A DNA stretch of 36,806 nucleotides from Methanomassiliicoccales archaeon (lineage in GTDB: Archaea > Thermoplasmatota > Thermoplasmata > Methanomassiliicoccales > Methanomethylophilaceae): contig CAAFZG010000061.1 of the NCBI GenBank assembly GCA_900767505.1, forward strand, positions 1 through 36,806, read 5' to 3'. A program made the position numbers and the translations under genes. Of the stretch, positions 18,481 to 30,463 are shown piece after piece; position 1 is the stretch's first letter, and each line of letters opens with the position of its first letter. The notes beneath the pieces are model-generated. The model was not told the DNA's origin, searched no databases, and worked only from the letters and a program-made list of their open reading frames with translations.

Positions 18481-19235
18481 TCGGGGTCTCCTGCACCAAT
18501 TTCTGCAATGTTCCGATCGACCATTGGGCAGAGCCCATCTCGAAGGATTTCAAACACTGGGAGATATTCTCCGAGGCGGAGCACAGCATAATCGGGCAGG
18601 AGTCGCACATCAACGATGTTCTCAGAAAGACAGGGCTGTCCTGTTCCGTTCACGCACCGATATGCGATCTGAATCTCGGTGCGATGTCCGAACGTCTCCT
18701 CAAAGCCTCACTCAAGGAGATCATAGGGACCATATCCTCGGCTGTCGACATAGGGGCCGAGACGGTCACGGTTCATCCGGGACTCTGTTCCATGGCCGTT
18801 CACGGGACCGAAGAGAAGGCGCAGGAGCGCACGATCTCCACTCTGCGCACGATAGACAGGTTCGCGACGGATTGCGGAGCATGCGTGGTCATCGAGAACA
18901 TGCCGAACGTCCCCTTCTTCCTGGGAAGGACGGCCGAATCCCTTGCGAAGCTTGTCGATGGTACAGACCTCAAGATCTGTTTCGACATCGGCCATGCCAA
19001 CACGATGGGGCAGATCGATGCCATGATCGATCTCTTCGCAGACAGGATCTCCAACATCCACATCCACGACAACAACGGCGAACGCGATGAGCATCTCACC
19101 ATCGGCGACGGTTCGATAGATTTCGAACACGTCATCCGCAGGCTGTCCGGATACAAGGGCAACTACATCATAGAATCCAAGGATTTTCCGTCTGCGGTCC
19201 TGTCCAATCAGCGTTTGAAGAAGCTGCTGGAATGA
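18477..19235 (+). CDS. Sugar-phosphate isomerase/epimerase (AP endonuclease 2 TIM-barrel) family protein
   Basis: HAP..DLN, TVHPG, IENM, FDIGHA, HIHDN.G..DEHL..GDG. Confidence 0.88.
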   Translation: MIGVSCTNFCNVPIDHWAEPISKDFKHWEIFSEAEHSIIGQESHINDVLRKTGLSCSVHAPICDLNLGAMSERLLKASLKEIIGTISSAVDIGAETVTVHPGLCSMAVHGTEEKAQERTISTLRTIDRFATDCGACVVIENMPNVPFFLGRTAESLAKLVDGTDLKICFDIGHANTMGQIDAMIDLFADRISNIHIHDNNGERDEHLTIGDGSIDFEHVIRRLSGYKGNYIIESKDFPSAVLSNQRLKKLLE

Positions 19236-20236
19236 TCATCCGAGAATATCTTCGGGAGCTCTTTGAGAGAATCCCTGTATCCCCAGAACCTGGACAGCAT
19301 CATCGGGATGCAGAACAATCCGATGATGATCGTCCCGAGCATGAACACTCCCAGAAGATACAGCCCGAGTCCGTCCATCATCACCGATGTGAAGTCCAGG
19401 ATGAAATGAAAGATTATGCACACGTGGACTCCGAATCTGATGTAAAGGTATCCCATCAGAACTCCTCCGAGGGCTGTCGGGAGCACTTTCCAGATCCCCC
19501 ATCCGGGCAGATGGGCGAATCCGAAGACCAGCGATGATATTATCAGAAGGGCCACCGCAAGCTTGCTGAAGCCGAATCCTCCGAGGAGGTACTTCCAGGC
19601 CTTCTCCTTTTTGCACACAAGAGCTGCGACGGCCATGGGGATGCCGATGTACCCTATGCGTGTGATGACCTCCTCCCAGACCGCTGCATCCGCGAATTCG
19701 AATATGGCCTGAGGGGCGAATCCCGTCTCGAACTCGGGTATGTCTCCCGAAGAAGAGGTCATGGCGAGTACGATGCTGATCAGCATGTCCGCGCAGAACA
19801 GCATGACCAGCCAGTAGATGGACGAGTTTCTGAACGCTGTTGCGTTCCCGGATCTCTCCTCTCCGACGGTCTGGATCAGCTCTTTGACCAGGATTATGGC
19901 CGAGACGGTTATCGCCAGGATTATGAATACCCACAACAGCTGGAGGGCCAATCCGCTCAACTGGAACGGGCTCACAAGCATGGGTACGAGAAGCAGTATG
20001 TCCACGCTCTTGCCGGACAGCCAATCGAAGGTCATGACCGATCCCGCCCACAGATAGGCGAACTCGACGGTCAGCACCAGAAGTATCAGCGGTGCGATGA
20101 GCTTTATCAGAACATCCATGCCGGATGTCCCGGCATCATGACGCGAAGGTTCGGGGTCCGAACCCAGTATCTCACCGCAGTACGGGCAGAATCTGCAACC
20201 GTTCCGGGCCGATTCGTAGCATCTGTCGCATGTCAT
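19208..20236 (-). CDS. CPBP (CAAX/Abi) intramembrane glutamic protease with N-terminal zinc ribbon
   Basis: CxxC...CPYC, multiple TMs, EExxxR, FxxxH, HxxxD; ATG 20236 overlaps the upstream stop (ATGA). Confidence 0.85.
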   Translation of the reverse strand: MTCDRCYESARNGCRFCPYCGEILGSDPEPSRHDAGTSGMDVLIKLIAPLILLVLTVEFAYLWAGSVMTFDWLSGKSVDILLLVPMLVSPFQLSGLALQLLWVFIILAITVSAIILVKELIQTVGEERSGNATAFRNSSIYWLVMLFCADMLISIVLAMTSSSGDIPEFETGFAPQAIFEFADAAVWEEVITRIGYIGIPMAVAALVCKKEKAWKYLLGGFGFSKLAVALLIISSLVFGFAHLPGWGIWKVLPTALGGVLMGYLYIRFGVHVCIIFHFILDFTSVMMDGLGLYLLGVFMLGTIIIGLFCIPMMLSRFWGYRDSLKELPKIFSDDHSSSFFKR

Positions 20237-20853
20237 GCGTGTTTCTCCAGATTCCTGATGATGCCGTTTACCCTCTCGATCTCGACGACGGCCAGGAGGC
20301 TGTTGCGGTACTTCGCGACATCGGCGATCTGCTCCGCGATGAATGACTCCCTCTTGGAGGAGACTTCGCGGTAGCCTTTGACGGTGTTTATGTAAGCATC
20401 CCATTCCAGGGCGAACTCCTCCGGTGTGGATGCATGGAACTTCTTCTTCATCCCTTTCTTGGCGAGACGGTGCTCTTTGACGAAATCCCATGTCTTCACG
20501 GTGTCGCAGTACATCTCGGTGAAATCGGAATCGTTCATGTCCAGGGCTATGACGTTCATGCCGTTCCCAGAGCATTCGTCGATAAGTGCGCACATGGCGG
20601 GCGAAGGCATCTCGACCGCCTGTCCGGTTATCTGCTCCATGCGGTGGGCATAGGCGAGGTCCAGCTCACTCACTTCGAATTCGTCGTTGAGCTGGATCCT
20701 GTTCTTGATGGCCTGTATCCCTTCGATGCCGAGTGTGGTCCCGTAGGCCTCGTAGTCTCCGAAGGCCTCCTTCACCCTGTCCGCCTCGGACTGGAGTCCG
20801 TTGACTATCGGTAACAATGACACATCGCAGTTGCCGATCCGGAGGTTCCTCAT
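20233..20853 (-). CDS. Hypothetical protein, possibly a divergent TraB/TIKI-like fold
   Basis: 206 aa, coupled on both sides; C-terminal RE.FIA..I......LLAVVE..RV.GI resembles the TraB C-terminus. Confidence 0.7.
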   Translation of the reverse strand: MRNLRIGNCDVSLLPIVNGLQSEADRVKEAFGDYEAYGTTLGIEGIQAIKNRIQLNDEFEVSELDLAYAHRMEQITGQAVEMPSPAMCALIDECSGNGMNVIALDMNDSDFTEMYCDTVKTWDFVKEHRLAKKGMKKKFHASTPEEFALEWDAYINTVKGYREVSSKRESFIAEQIADVAKYRNSLLAVVEIERVNGIIRNLEKHA

Positions 20854-21797
20854 TTGCGCGTTCCCCTTTCGGCGACGAGGTTGGTCAGCTCTTCCGGAGC
20901 ATCGATCTTCTTGAGCTCGTCGTTGGAGACGACGGCCGTGGAATCGATGTTGTCGCGGTCATGCTTCTGTTCCACTATGAGGATCGAGAATCTGTCCACT
21001 ATGCGGGCGATGTCGGACGCGACGATCGCCTTCTGGACCAGTTTCGCATCATCGCTCGTTCCGATACCCGTGAGCATCGCGGTGCTGTCGTTGTGGCTGA
21101 CGGCTTCGAACGGGCTCTTCAATACGGGCCTTACGGAGAATCCCAGGTTGCACAGCTGGTTCACAGCGAACGTGTCTATGCGTTCCTGTCCGGTGCGCTG
21201 TTCCTTCTTGCGTTCGTCGCTCTTGAACTCGAACGGATCGATGGGTTCGATGACCGGGAGTCCCAAGCATTCCTCTATGCGCAGGGCGGCGTCGATCATG
21301 GCGCCCATGCCGGATTCGTACATTTGGATGGTCCTTCTGGACACACCTGCGTAATCCGCAAGCGTCCCCAGGCTGATCCCGCGGTCCTCACGGACCGATC
21401 TGAGCAGTTCGCTATCCAGTTTGACGTACAGTCCGCCGGGTGCGGCGAATATGAACGGCGGGGCATCCTCCAGGAGGAGGTCCGCAAGCGTCTCATTGGA
21501 GACGATCGATATGTTGAACCTTGAATAGACGATGCTCGGCTCTAGGGCTCCGGCGCTGGACCTCTCGCCTACAACAAGCGGGGTGGCCTGCAGCGTGTCT
21601 GCCAGGACCTTCATCTCCTCGGAGTTCTCCTTGGAGAACGCATCGATGTTGCTGAGCACCTTGATTATGAGGACCCTCTCGTCCAATCTGGCTACAACAT
21701 CGAAGCAAACGCCTCTCAGGGTCAAGGCAGAGGACACATCGAACCCGGCTTTCGCTAGGATCGCGCGGGTGGTGTTGATAAGGTCGTTTCTGCCCAT
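20850..21797 (-). CDS. Archaeal putative HTH transcriptional regulator (MJ1164/AF1787-like)
   Basis: FD..AR, KVL.NID, GGLYV, Cro-type HTH (GISLGTLA..GVSRRTI..YE), PF.A; start 21797 or 21806. Confidence 0.85.
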   Translation of the reverse strand: MGRNDLINTTRAILAKAGFDVSSALTLRGVCFDVVARLDERVLIIKVLSNIDAFSKENSEEMKVLADTLQATPLVVGERSSAGALEPSIVYSRFNISIVSNETLADLLLEDAPPFIFAAPGGLYVKLDSELLRSVREDRGISLGTLADYAGVSRRTIQMYESGMGAMIDAALRIEECLGLPVIEPIDPFEFKSDERKKEQRTGQERIDTFAVNQLCNLGFSVRPVLKSPFEAVSHNDSTAMLTGIGTSDDAKLVQKAIVASDIARIVDRFSILIVEQKHDRDNIDSTAVVSNDELKKIDAPEELTNLVAERGTRK

Positions 21798-21843
21798 GCT
21801 TTTCATAGTGTCAGAACTTCTATTTAAGAAATTATCTAGGTGT

Positions 21844-21878
21844 GTCGGTTGCCGGTGGCCCGAGGCCACCGGTCCGAC
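21844..21878 (-). terminator. GC hairpin after hsp20
   Basis: CCGGTGGCC-cga-GGCCACCGG, extended by GTCGG/CCGAC. Confidence 0.6.
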
Positions 21879-21888
21879 TTCATCCGCA

Positions 21889-22377
21889 TCACTCGATTGA
21901 GATGGTCCTGCCTTTCTTGGTAGGGGACTTCTTGTTGAGCACCACTTCCAAGAGTCCGTTGTTGTACTGGGCCTTGGCGGTGTCCATATCGACCTCGCAG
22001 GGCAGTGCCAGGTCTTTCTCGAAGGATTTTCCGGGAGTGTTCACGCTGATGGACAGCGTGCTGCCTGTGCAGCTCAGGGAGATGTCCTCTTTCGCCACGC
22101 CGGGGATCTCGGCGACGGCCCTGACGATGTCGCCCTCGTCGGTCACGTCTGTGAACGGGTCCCTTGCATCGCCTGCGGGCAATGAGTTGAACCTGCTTCC
22201 GGTGTTGCCGAATTCCTTCACGTGTTTCACTCCGTCTGGACCCTGATACATAGTGTATCCGTATGTCTGGACCCCGGGTCCGGTGAGATTCATCTGCGAG
22301 AACATGTCCTCCATCCTCTTGCTGAGGCTGTCGAACCCTCCGAACAGGTCGTTCCAGATATCATCAGCTGCGCTCAT
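21889..22377 (-). CDS. hsp20: Archaeal small heat-shock protein Hsp20
   Basis: YGY....GPDG...V.EFGN, AEIPGV.KEDI, A.YNNGLLEV, C-terminal IxI. Confidence 0.93.
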   Translation of the reverse strand: MSAADDIWNDLFGGFDSLSKRMEDMFSQMNLTGPGVQTYGYTMYQGPDGVKHVKEFGNTGSRFNSLPAGDARDPFTDVTDEGDIVRAVAEIPGVAKEDISLSCTGSTLSISVNTPGKSFEKDLALPCEVDMDTAKAQYNNGLLEVVLNKKSPTKKGRTISIE

Positions 22378-22453
22378 CTTTGCATTCCTCCTTTCCTATA
22401 TTCTGATTGTTTGCTGTTTTCAATTGGTTTTCAAAGGGGTTTGGGGGGAAGGA

Positions 22454-25106
<2,653 letters not shown>

Positions 25107-25117
25107 GTTATCTCTCA

Positions 25118-25140
25118 GTTGTCAACCTTTGGTTCACAAC
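25118..25140. promoter_or_regulatory. Palindromic operator of the heat-shock operon
   Basis: GTTGTcAACC-ttt-GGTTcACAAC just downstream of the minus-strand TTTATAAA box (25160-25167). Confidence 0.65.
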
Positions 25141-25205
25141 CACAATATATGTCAGAACTTTTATAAATAATTATGTGAGCATACAGGTAGTTTAAAGTTG
25201 ACTGA

Positions 25206-25241
25206 TGTATTTTTATGTACACTACTATACCAATATGTACA
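25206..25241 (+). promoter_or_regulatory. Four TRP-box-like hexamers (TrpY-type operator) upstream of trpB2
   Basis: TGTATT-N4-TGTACA-N4-TATACC-N4-TGTACA downstream of TTTAAA (25191-25196). Confidence 0.65.
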
Positions 25242-25266
25242 AATACTAGGGCCCTGATGACCAAGC

Positions 25267-26592
25267 ATGACCATTCCAAAAGACGCATGTATCAGACTGA
25301 TGCCGGACGACGTTCCGAAGCATTGGTACAACCTTGCGGCCGATCTCCCTGAGCCTGTTGCTCCGCCCCTCAACCCCTCCACGGGGAAACCGGCGGCGCC
25401 CGAGGACTTCTCGCCAATCTTCTGCAAAGCGATCATCGAGCAGGAGGGATCCACCAAGAGGTACATCGACATCCCCGAGGAGGTGAGGGAACAGCTCGTC
25501 TACCTGAGCCGTCCGTCCTACCTCCAGAGGGCGTACCATCTGGAGAAGTACCTGAAGACCCCTGCGAAGATCTACTTCAAGAGGGAGGATATGAGCCCAC
25601 TCGGAAGCCACAAGGGGAACACAGCCCTTGCTCAGGCATACTACAACGCCGAGGCCGGAATCCACACCCTGACCACCGAGACCGGTGCCGGACAGTGGGG
25701 AACCGCTCTGTCGATGGTGTCCAACATGTTCGACATCGACACCACGGTCTTCATGGTCCGCGGAAGCTACGATCAGAAGCCGTTCAGAAAGACGATCATG
25801 AACATGTACGGGGCGAAATGCTACGCATCCCCAAGCGAGTACACGGAGTTCGGAAGGAAGGTGCTCAAGGAGCACCCGGACACCAGCGGATCCCTGGGGA
25901 TCGCGATCTCCGAGGCATGCGAGATGGCCGTCAAGGACGAGCACACATGCTACTCGCTCGGAAGCGTCATGAACCATGTGATGCTCCATCAGACCGTCAT
26001 AGGTCTCGAGGCCATGGAACAGATGAAGATGGCCGAGATCGAACCGGACTACATGATCGCATGTGCCGGAGGAGGTTCCAACTTCGCTGGATTCACCTTC
26101 CCGATGATCGCAGAGAAGATCAAGGGCAAGAGCGATTGCCAGATCATCGCAGTGGAGCCCAAGGCATCCCCATCCCTCACCAAGGGCGAGTACAAGTACG
26201 ACTTCGGAGACACGGCCGGAATGACGCCCCTGCTGATGATGTACACCCTCGGTCACGAGTTCATACCGAAGTCCATCCACGCCGGAGGTCTGAGGTACCA
26301 CGGAATGTCCCCGCTTGTCTCTGCGGCGTACAAGCAGGGTCTGGCGACCGCGGTCTCGTACGATCAGCCCGACACCTTCCAGGCCGGAGTGACATTCGCC
26401 CGTACCGAGGGCATCGTCCCCGCACCCGAGTCGTGCCATGCCGTCAAGGCGGCCATCGACAAGGCCCTGGAATGCAAGGCCACCGGAGAGGAGAAGACGA
26501 TCGTCTTCTGTCTGTCCGGACACGGCATGCTGGACCTCTACGGATACCAGCAGTTCATCGACGGCACGCTTCCGTCCTCGTCCGTGTGCTGA
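25267..26592 (+). CDS. trpB2: Tryptophan synthase beta-like TrpB2 (PLP enzyme)
   Basis: P..WYN, GSHK.NTA, TETGAGQWG, GSLGIAISEA, GGGSNFAG, IHAGGLRYHG, PAPES.HA; no trpA nearby. Confidence 0.95.
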   Translation: MTIPKDACIRLMPDDVPKHWYNLAADLPEPVAPPLNPSTGKPAAPEDFSPIFCKAIIEQEGSTKRYIDIPEEVREQLVYLSRPSYLQRAYHLEKYLKTPAKIYFKREDMSPLGSHKGNTALAQAYYNAEAGIHTLTTETGAGQWGTALSMVSNMFDIDTTVFMVRGSYDQKPFRKTIMNMYGAKCYASPSEYTEFGRKVLKEHPDTSGSLGIAISEACEMAVKDEHTCYSLGSVMNHVMLHQTVIGLEAMEQMKMAEIEPDYMIACAGGGSNFAGFTFPMIAEKIKGKSDCQIIAVEPKASPSLTKGEYKYDFGDTAGMTPLLMMYTLGHEFIPKSIHAGGLRYHGMSPLVSAAYKQGLATAVSYDQPDTFQAGVTFARTEGIVPAPESCHAVKAAIDKALECKATGEEKTIVFCLSGHGMLDLYGYQQFIDGTLPSSSVC

Positions 26593-26669
26593 TCCAAACC
26601 GCCCCTGTCCGCTGCGGCGGGGGCTTTCTATTCTTCCCTTTTTTATAATCAAACCCTCTACTCCGTCCG

Positions 26670-27722
26670 ATGGTCGGAATATTAGTCGATGACATCGTGG
26701 AGGTCCGCGATCAGAGCGAAGGGAGCAGGCTCTATACCAGGGGCAATTTCGGATATCCCCGCAGCGGAGGCGGTGTCGATCTCGACCTCATAGAGGCCAC
26801 ATACCTCATGGAGAACCGCAGGGTCGAGGTCACCGGTCCGAACGGACCTATGACGTACGACGAGATGTTCTGCTATTCCGCATCGATCTTCGAAGGATTC
26901 GATATAAAATATCTTGTCTACAGGGATCTGAGGCAGAGGGGATTCATAGCCAAGTACGAGACGGGCGACTACGATCTGTCCGTTTTCCCCCGCGGGAAGA
27001 CCATGAGCAACTCCAGGCCGGAGTTCATGGTCAGAGCCGTATCGGAGAGGAACGCCATCGACATCTCCACATTCATACGCGAGGCCCTGGACACCGCCAA
27101 GAGGAAGAAGAAGCTGCTCTACGGCGTGGTGGACGAGGAAGGGGACCTGACATACTACATGATGTCGATGAGGGATCCCGCAGGGAAGGTGTTCCCCGAA
27201 CCCATATCCGAGAAGCCCGTCGGCAGGCTGATCCGCGACAGGGTTTTCGTCTTCGACCGCATGCAGACCGAGGCGCTCCGCGACTACGGGTACTACGGAA
27301 GGTCTTTCGTGGATGCTCTTCAGCTTTCCCTCATCGAGAGCTGCCATCTCGTGTCGAAGGGACGTCTGACCGTCTTGGGGCAGGACGGGGAGGTCCTCTC
27401 ATACGACGATCTGGTCGAGTTCGGTGTCTCCATGCAGGACGAGTTCGACATCCGTCTCCAAGTGTACTCCGATATGAGGGAGCGCGGACTCGTCGTCAAG
27501 ACCGGATTCAAGTACGGGACCCATTTCAGGGTCTATCAGGAATCGCCGGACGACTGTCACGCAAGATATCTGGCCCATGCCGTCACAGACGACGGCATCA
27601 GGATGTGGCCCGAGATCTCCAGGACGGTCAGGCTTTCAGGCGGCGTGAAGAAGGAGATCCTCTTCGGCCGCGTGAAGAAGAGCAGCGTGGACTATCTGGA
27701 ATTCAGATGGTTCAAGCCTTGA
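26670..27722 (+). CDS. endA: tRNA-splicing endonuclease (two-repeat homodimeric type)
   Basis: Two repeats (VY.DLR.RG / VY.DMR.RG); KTGFKYG..FRVY, catalytic H, VKK. Confidence 0.93.
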   Translation: MVGILVDDIVEVRDQSEGSRLYTRGNFGYPRSGGGVDLDLIEATYLMENRRVEVTGPNGPMTYDEMFCYSASIFEGFDIKYLVYRDLRQRGFIAKYETGDYDLSVFPRGKTMSNSRPEFMVRAVSERNAIDISTFIREALDTAKRKKKLLYGVVDEEGDLTYYMMSMRDPAGKVFPEPISEKPVGRLIRDRVFVFDRMQTEALRDYGYYGRSFVDALQLSLIESCHLVSKGRLTVLGQDGEVLSYDDLVEFGVSMQDEFDIRLQVYSDMRERGLVVKTGFKYGTHFRVYQESPDDCHARYLAHAVTDDGIRMWPEISRTVRLSGGVKKEILFGRVKKSSVDYLEFRWFKP

Positions 27723-28047
27723 TCATTTCCTGAAGGAAACGGATCAGATCCCTGAAGCGGCCTGCGTTGAGATAGTAGACATGGTCGTTCCCGTCTCTGC
27801 GGGAGCATATCAGTCCTGCGGATTTCATCTTCCTTATGGCAGCGTTGGTGCGTGCCCCATCCATCCCGAAGAGTCCGTCCGGGAACGGCGAGCGGGCCTC
27901 CTGTTCCGAGAGTCCTCTGACCAACGTCAGTACATCCTTATCGGACAATGCCGACAGGATATCGTATTCCGGATCGTCCGAGATGCCAAGGGCGTTCCTG
28001 TTCGTGAGACAAATGTGACGGCTCGGTCTCTGCTGTTCGTCTGCCAT
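27712..28047 (-). CDS. Small ArsR-like winged-helix protein
   Basis: ILSALSD...L.LV..L...M..AGLI.SRR.G....Y.LN...F. Confidence 0.7.
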   Translation of the reverse strand: MADEQQRPSRHICLTNRNALGISDDPEYDILSALSDKDVLTLVRGLSEQEARSPFPDGLFGMDGARTNAAIRKMKSAGLICSRRDGNDHVYYLNAGRFRDLIRFLQEMIKA

Positions 28048-28117
28048 GGACGTTCATGCGTCACAGCGTAGAAATAAAGTATGTAGGTGGAAAGGGGGTG
28101 GGGGACCCCACCCTTGT

Positions 28118-29050
28118 TCAAAGCTGGATCTCGATTCCCAGTTTCTCCGTCAGTTCCTTGTAGCGGTTCCTGATGGTGACCTCTGTCACTCCGGCGACGT
28201 CGGCTACTTCCCTCTGTGTCCTGCGCTCGTTGCAGAGGATCGAGGAGATGTAGATGGCGGCGGCAGCGACGCCGGTAGGTCCCCTTCCGGATGTCAGCTC
28301 CTTCTCGGAGGCATCCTTGAGGATCTCGGCGGCCTTGCTCTGGACCTCTCCGTTGAGCTTGAGCTCGGAGCAGAACCTCTGGACATAGTCCTGGGGCTTC
28401 GTGGGCATGAGCTTCAGTTTCAGCTCGCGGGTCATGAACCTGTAGGTCCTTCCGATCTCCTTTCTTCCGACACGGCTGGATCCGGCGACCTCGTCAAGGG
28501 TCCTGGGCACTCCGCACTGCCTGCATGCGGCATACAGCGATGCGGCGACGACGCCCTCGATGGACCTTCCCCTGATCAGGTTCTTGTTGACGGCTTTCCT
28601 GTAGATCATGGCGGCGGTCTCCCTGACGTTCCTCGGCAGACCCATGGCAGATGCCATCCTGTCGAGTTCGGACAGGGCGAACGCAAGGTTCCTCTCGGTA
28701 GCATTCGAGACACGGATCCTTCTCTGCCATTTCCTTAATCTGTACAGCTGGGCGCGGTTCCTGGTGGGGATGCTCTTCCCATAGCTGTCTTTGTTCTTCC
28801 ACGAGATCTCGGTAGAGAGACCTTTGTCGTGGATAGTGTAGGTCATCGGAGCACCTGTACGGGCGCGTTTTTCGCCCTGCTCCACATCGAATGCCCTCCA
28901 TTCGGGACCTTGGTCGATAAACTGGTCATCCAGGACCAGTCCGCAGTCCTCGCATAACAATTCGCCGCGCTCGTAGTCGCGGACAAGATGGTGGCTTCCA
29001 CACTCGGGACAGACCTCAATTTCTTCTGTTCCTTCTCTTACCTTTGGCAT
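28118..29050 (-). CDS. tfb: Transcription initiation factor IIB
   Basis: CPECG...CEDCG zinc ribbon, GPEWRAF, two cyclin repeats, [14 protein letters not shown]. Confidence 0.98.
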   Translation of the reverse strand: MPKVREGTEEIEVCPECGSHHLVRDYERGELLCEDCGLVLDDQFIDQGPEWRAFDVEQGEKRARTGAPMTYTIHDKGLSTEISWKNKDSYGKSIPTRNRAQLYRLRKWQRRIRVSNATERNLAFALSELDRMASAMGLPRNVRETAAMIYRKAVNKNLIRGRSIEGVVAASLYAACRQCGVPRTLDEVAGSSRVGRKEIGRTYRFMTRELKLKLMPTKPQDYVQRFCSELKLNGEVQSKAAEILKDASEKELTSGRGPTGVAAAAIYISSILCNERRTQREVADVAGVTEVTIRNRYKELTEKLGIEIQL

Positions 29051-29294
29051 TCTGCTTGTTCCCCCTGAAAAACACTTCCATTCCAATCCTCACGCCGGCG
29101 TCTTCGGGTTTGACCGAAGCGTAGGGATTGTCGACAGGACCGAAGACCCTGCCTACCGTTCCAAGGCGTTTTTCATTTTTCGAATACACGGTCGAACCGA
29201 TGTCTGGGAGTTCCGAACAGCAGATGATCAGTCTGCCGTCACACGTGATCTCTTCTATTGTACCGAGAATTTCCATGAACCGTGTTCGCTCCAT
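29016..29294 (-). CDS. gar1: H/ACA RNP subunit Gar1
   Basis: LG.V..VFGPV..PY..VK motif; conserved gar1-tfb linkage; start 29294 or 29276. Confidence 0.88.
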   Translation of the reverse strand: MERTRFMEILGTIEEITCDGRLIICCSELPDIGSTVYSKNEKRLGTVGRVFGPVDNPYASVKPEDAGVRIGMEVFFRGNKQNAKGKRRNRRN

Positions 29295-29598
29295 ATATAC
29301 GAGGTTAAATAGTCTATTTAAGTCATATTATATAAATGTATGGCTATAATTAATAAACTTTGATGAATTTTATGCTCATTCACTATATAGTTTACGCTTA
29401 TTGATGTAGAGCAGTGGATTATCCAACCATCCATGATGCCACGTTCAACAGGCGGTCGATCGCAGGTCGGATGACGCCCATGCCGGGCGAGGGTGCCGTT
29501 CGGGCCAGAGTGCGAATTCGATGAAAGAACCTAAATAATGTCATAGTCTACCAGTGACAAATTCCCGCATAGCGGGTTTAAAAATCGGAGGCAAAATA

Positions 29599-29901
29599 AT
29601 GGATGCTATGTCCTTCCTGACCCTTGTGGTCTTCGCATTCGCCCTCGTCATGCTTGTGGCAGGGCTCTTCTCCGCGTACTTCGGCTCTGGAAAGAGCAAG
29701 GCCGCAGGAGTTGCGATGGCCCTCATCGGTCTCGTTGTCGGCGTCGTCTGGGCCTATCTCGTAGGTTTCAGCGATGTTTCGCCGTTCTGCGAGGTCGCGG
29801 CCTGGGATACAGTCTACAATGCCATCATCGACCTGCTCGGTATCATAATCGGTGCCCTCGTCGCTGTCGGTATCTTCCTCGTCGTTGTTCTCAAGAGCTG
29901 A
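29599..29901 (+). CDS. Hypothetical 3-TM membrane protein (100 aa)
   Basis: GGAGG SD before ATG 29599, three hydrophobic segments, host-like codon usage. Confidence 0.8.
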   Translation: MDAMSFLTLVVFAFALVMLVAGLFSAYFGSGKSKAAGVAMALIGLVVGVVWAYLVGFSDVSPFCEVAAWDTVYNAIIDLLGIIIGALVAVGIFLVVVLKS

Positions 29902-29983
29902 ACGACAAGGAACGAAACCTTTTACCAAACCCCACTCAAACCCCACCCTTCGCTTTTTATAACATTATGATGTCGGCTATGTG

Positions 29984-30463
29984 ATGTCAAGGGTCACCAT
30001 TATCATGGGGAGCAAAAGCGACATGCCCGTGGCCGAGAAGGCGATAGGCATTCTGAGGAAATTCGGTATCGAATTCGATATCGCGGTGGCATCCGCACAC
30101 CGCACGCCCGCAAGGGTCGAGTCCCTGGTAGAGGAGAGCAAATCCGATGTGTTCATCGCCATCGCAGGTCTCTCCGCCGCACTTCCCGGGGTCGTCGCAT
30201 CCTTCACGGTCAAGCCCGTGATCGGTGTCCCCGTCAGCGGTGCGCTGAACCTCGATGCTCTCCTGTCCGTCGTCCAGATGCCCCCGGGAGTCCCGGTGGC
30301 CGCCGTAGGGCTGGACCGCGGGGACAATGCAGCGGTTCTCGCAGCGGAGATCCTTGCAATTAACGATGATTCTGTGAGACAGGCCCTGCTTTCATACAGG
30401 AAGGAGCAGGCCGACAAGGTCTGTGCAGACTCTGAGAAGGTGGTTTCAGATGTTGGGTGTTGA
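29984..30463 (+). CDS. purE: N5-CAIR mutase / AIR carboxylase PurE
   Basis: [36 protein letters not shown]. Confidence 0.96.
   Translation: MSRVTIIMGSKSDMPVAEKAIGILRKFGIEFDIAVASAHRTPARVESLVEESKSDVFIAIAGLSAALPGVVASFTVKPVIGVPVSGALNLDALLSVVQMPPGVPVAAVGLDRGDNAAVLAAEILAINDDSVRQALLSYRKEQADKVCADSEKVVSDVGC

Noticed and set aside
20237..20593. 119-aa N-terminal extension of the CPBP ORF in the track
   Set aside because: Overlaps the 206-aa gene in another frame; ATG 20236 with ATGA coupling is the more plausible start
28086..28115. ORB-like GGTGGAAAGGGGGTGGGGG downstream of tfb
   Set aside because: Lacks the TTCCAG half and correct spacing; better explained as one arm of the hairpin GGGTGGG/CCCACCC at the tfb 3' end
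29926..29946. Direct repeat CAAACCCCAC twice
   Set aside because: Only two 10-bp units with a 1-nt spacer; not CRISPR, probably part of a terminator region
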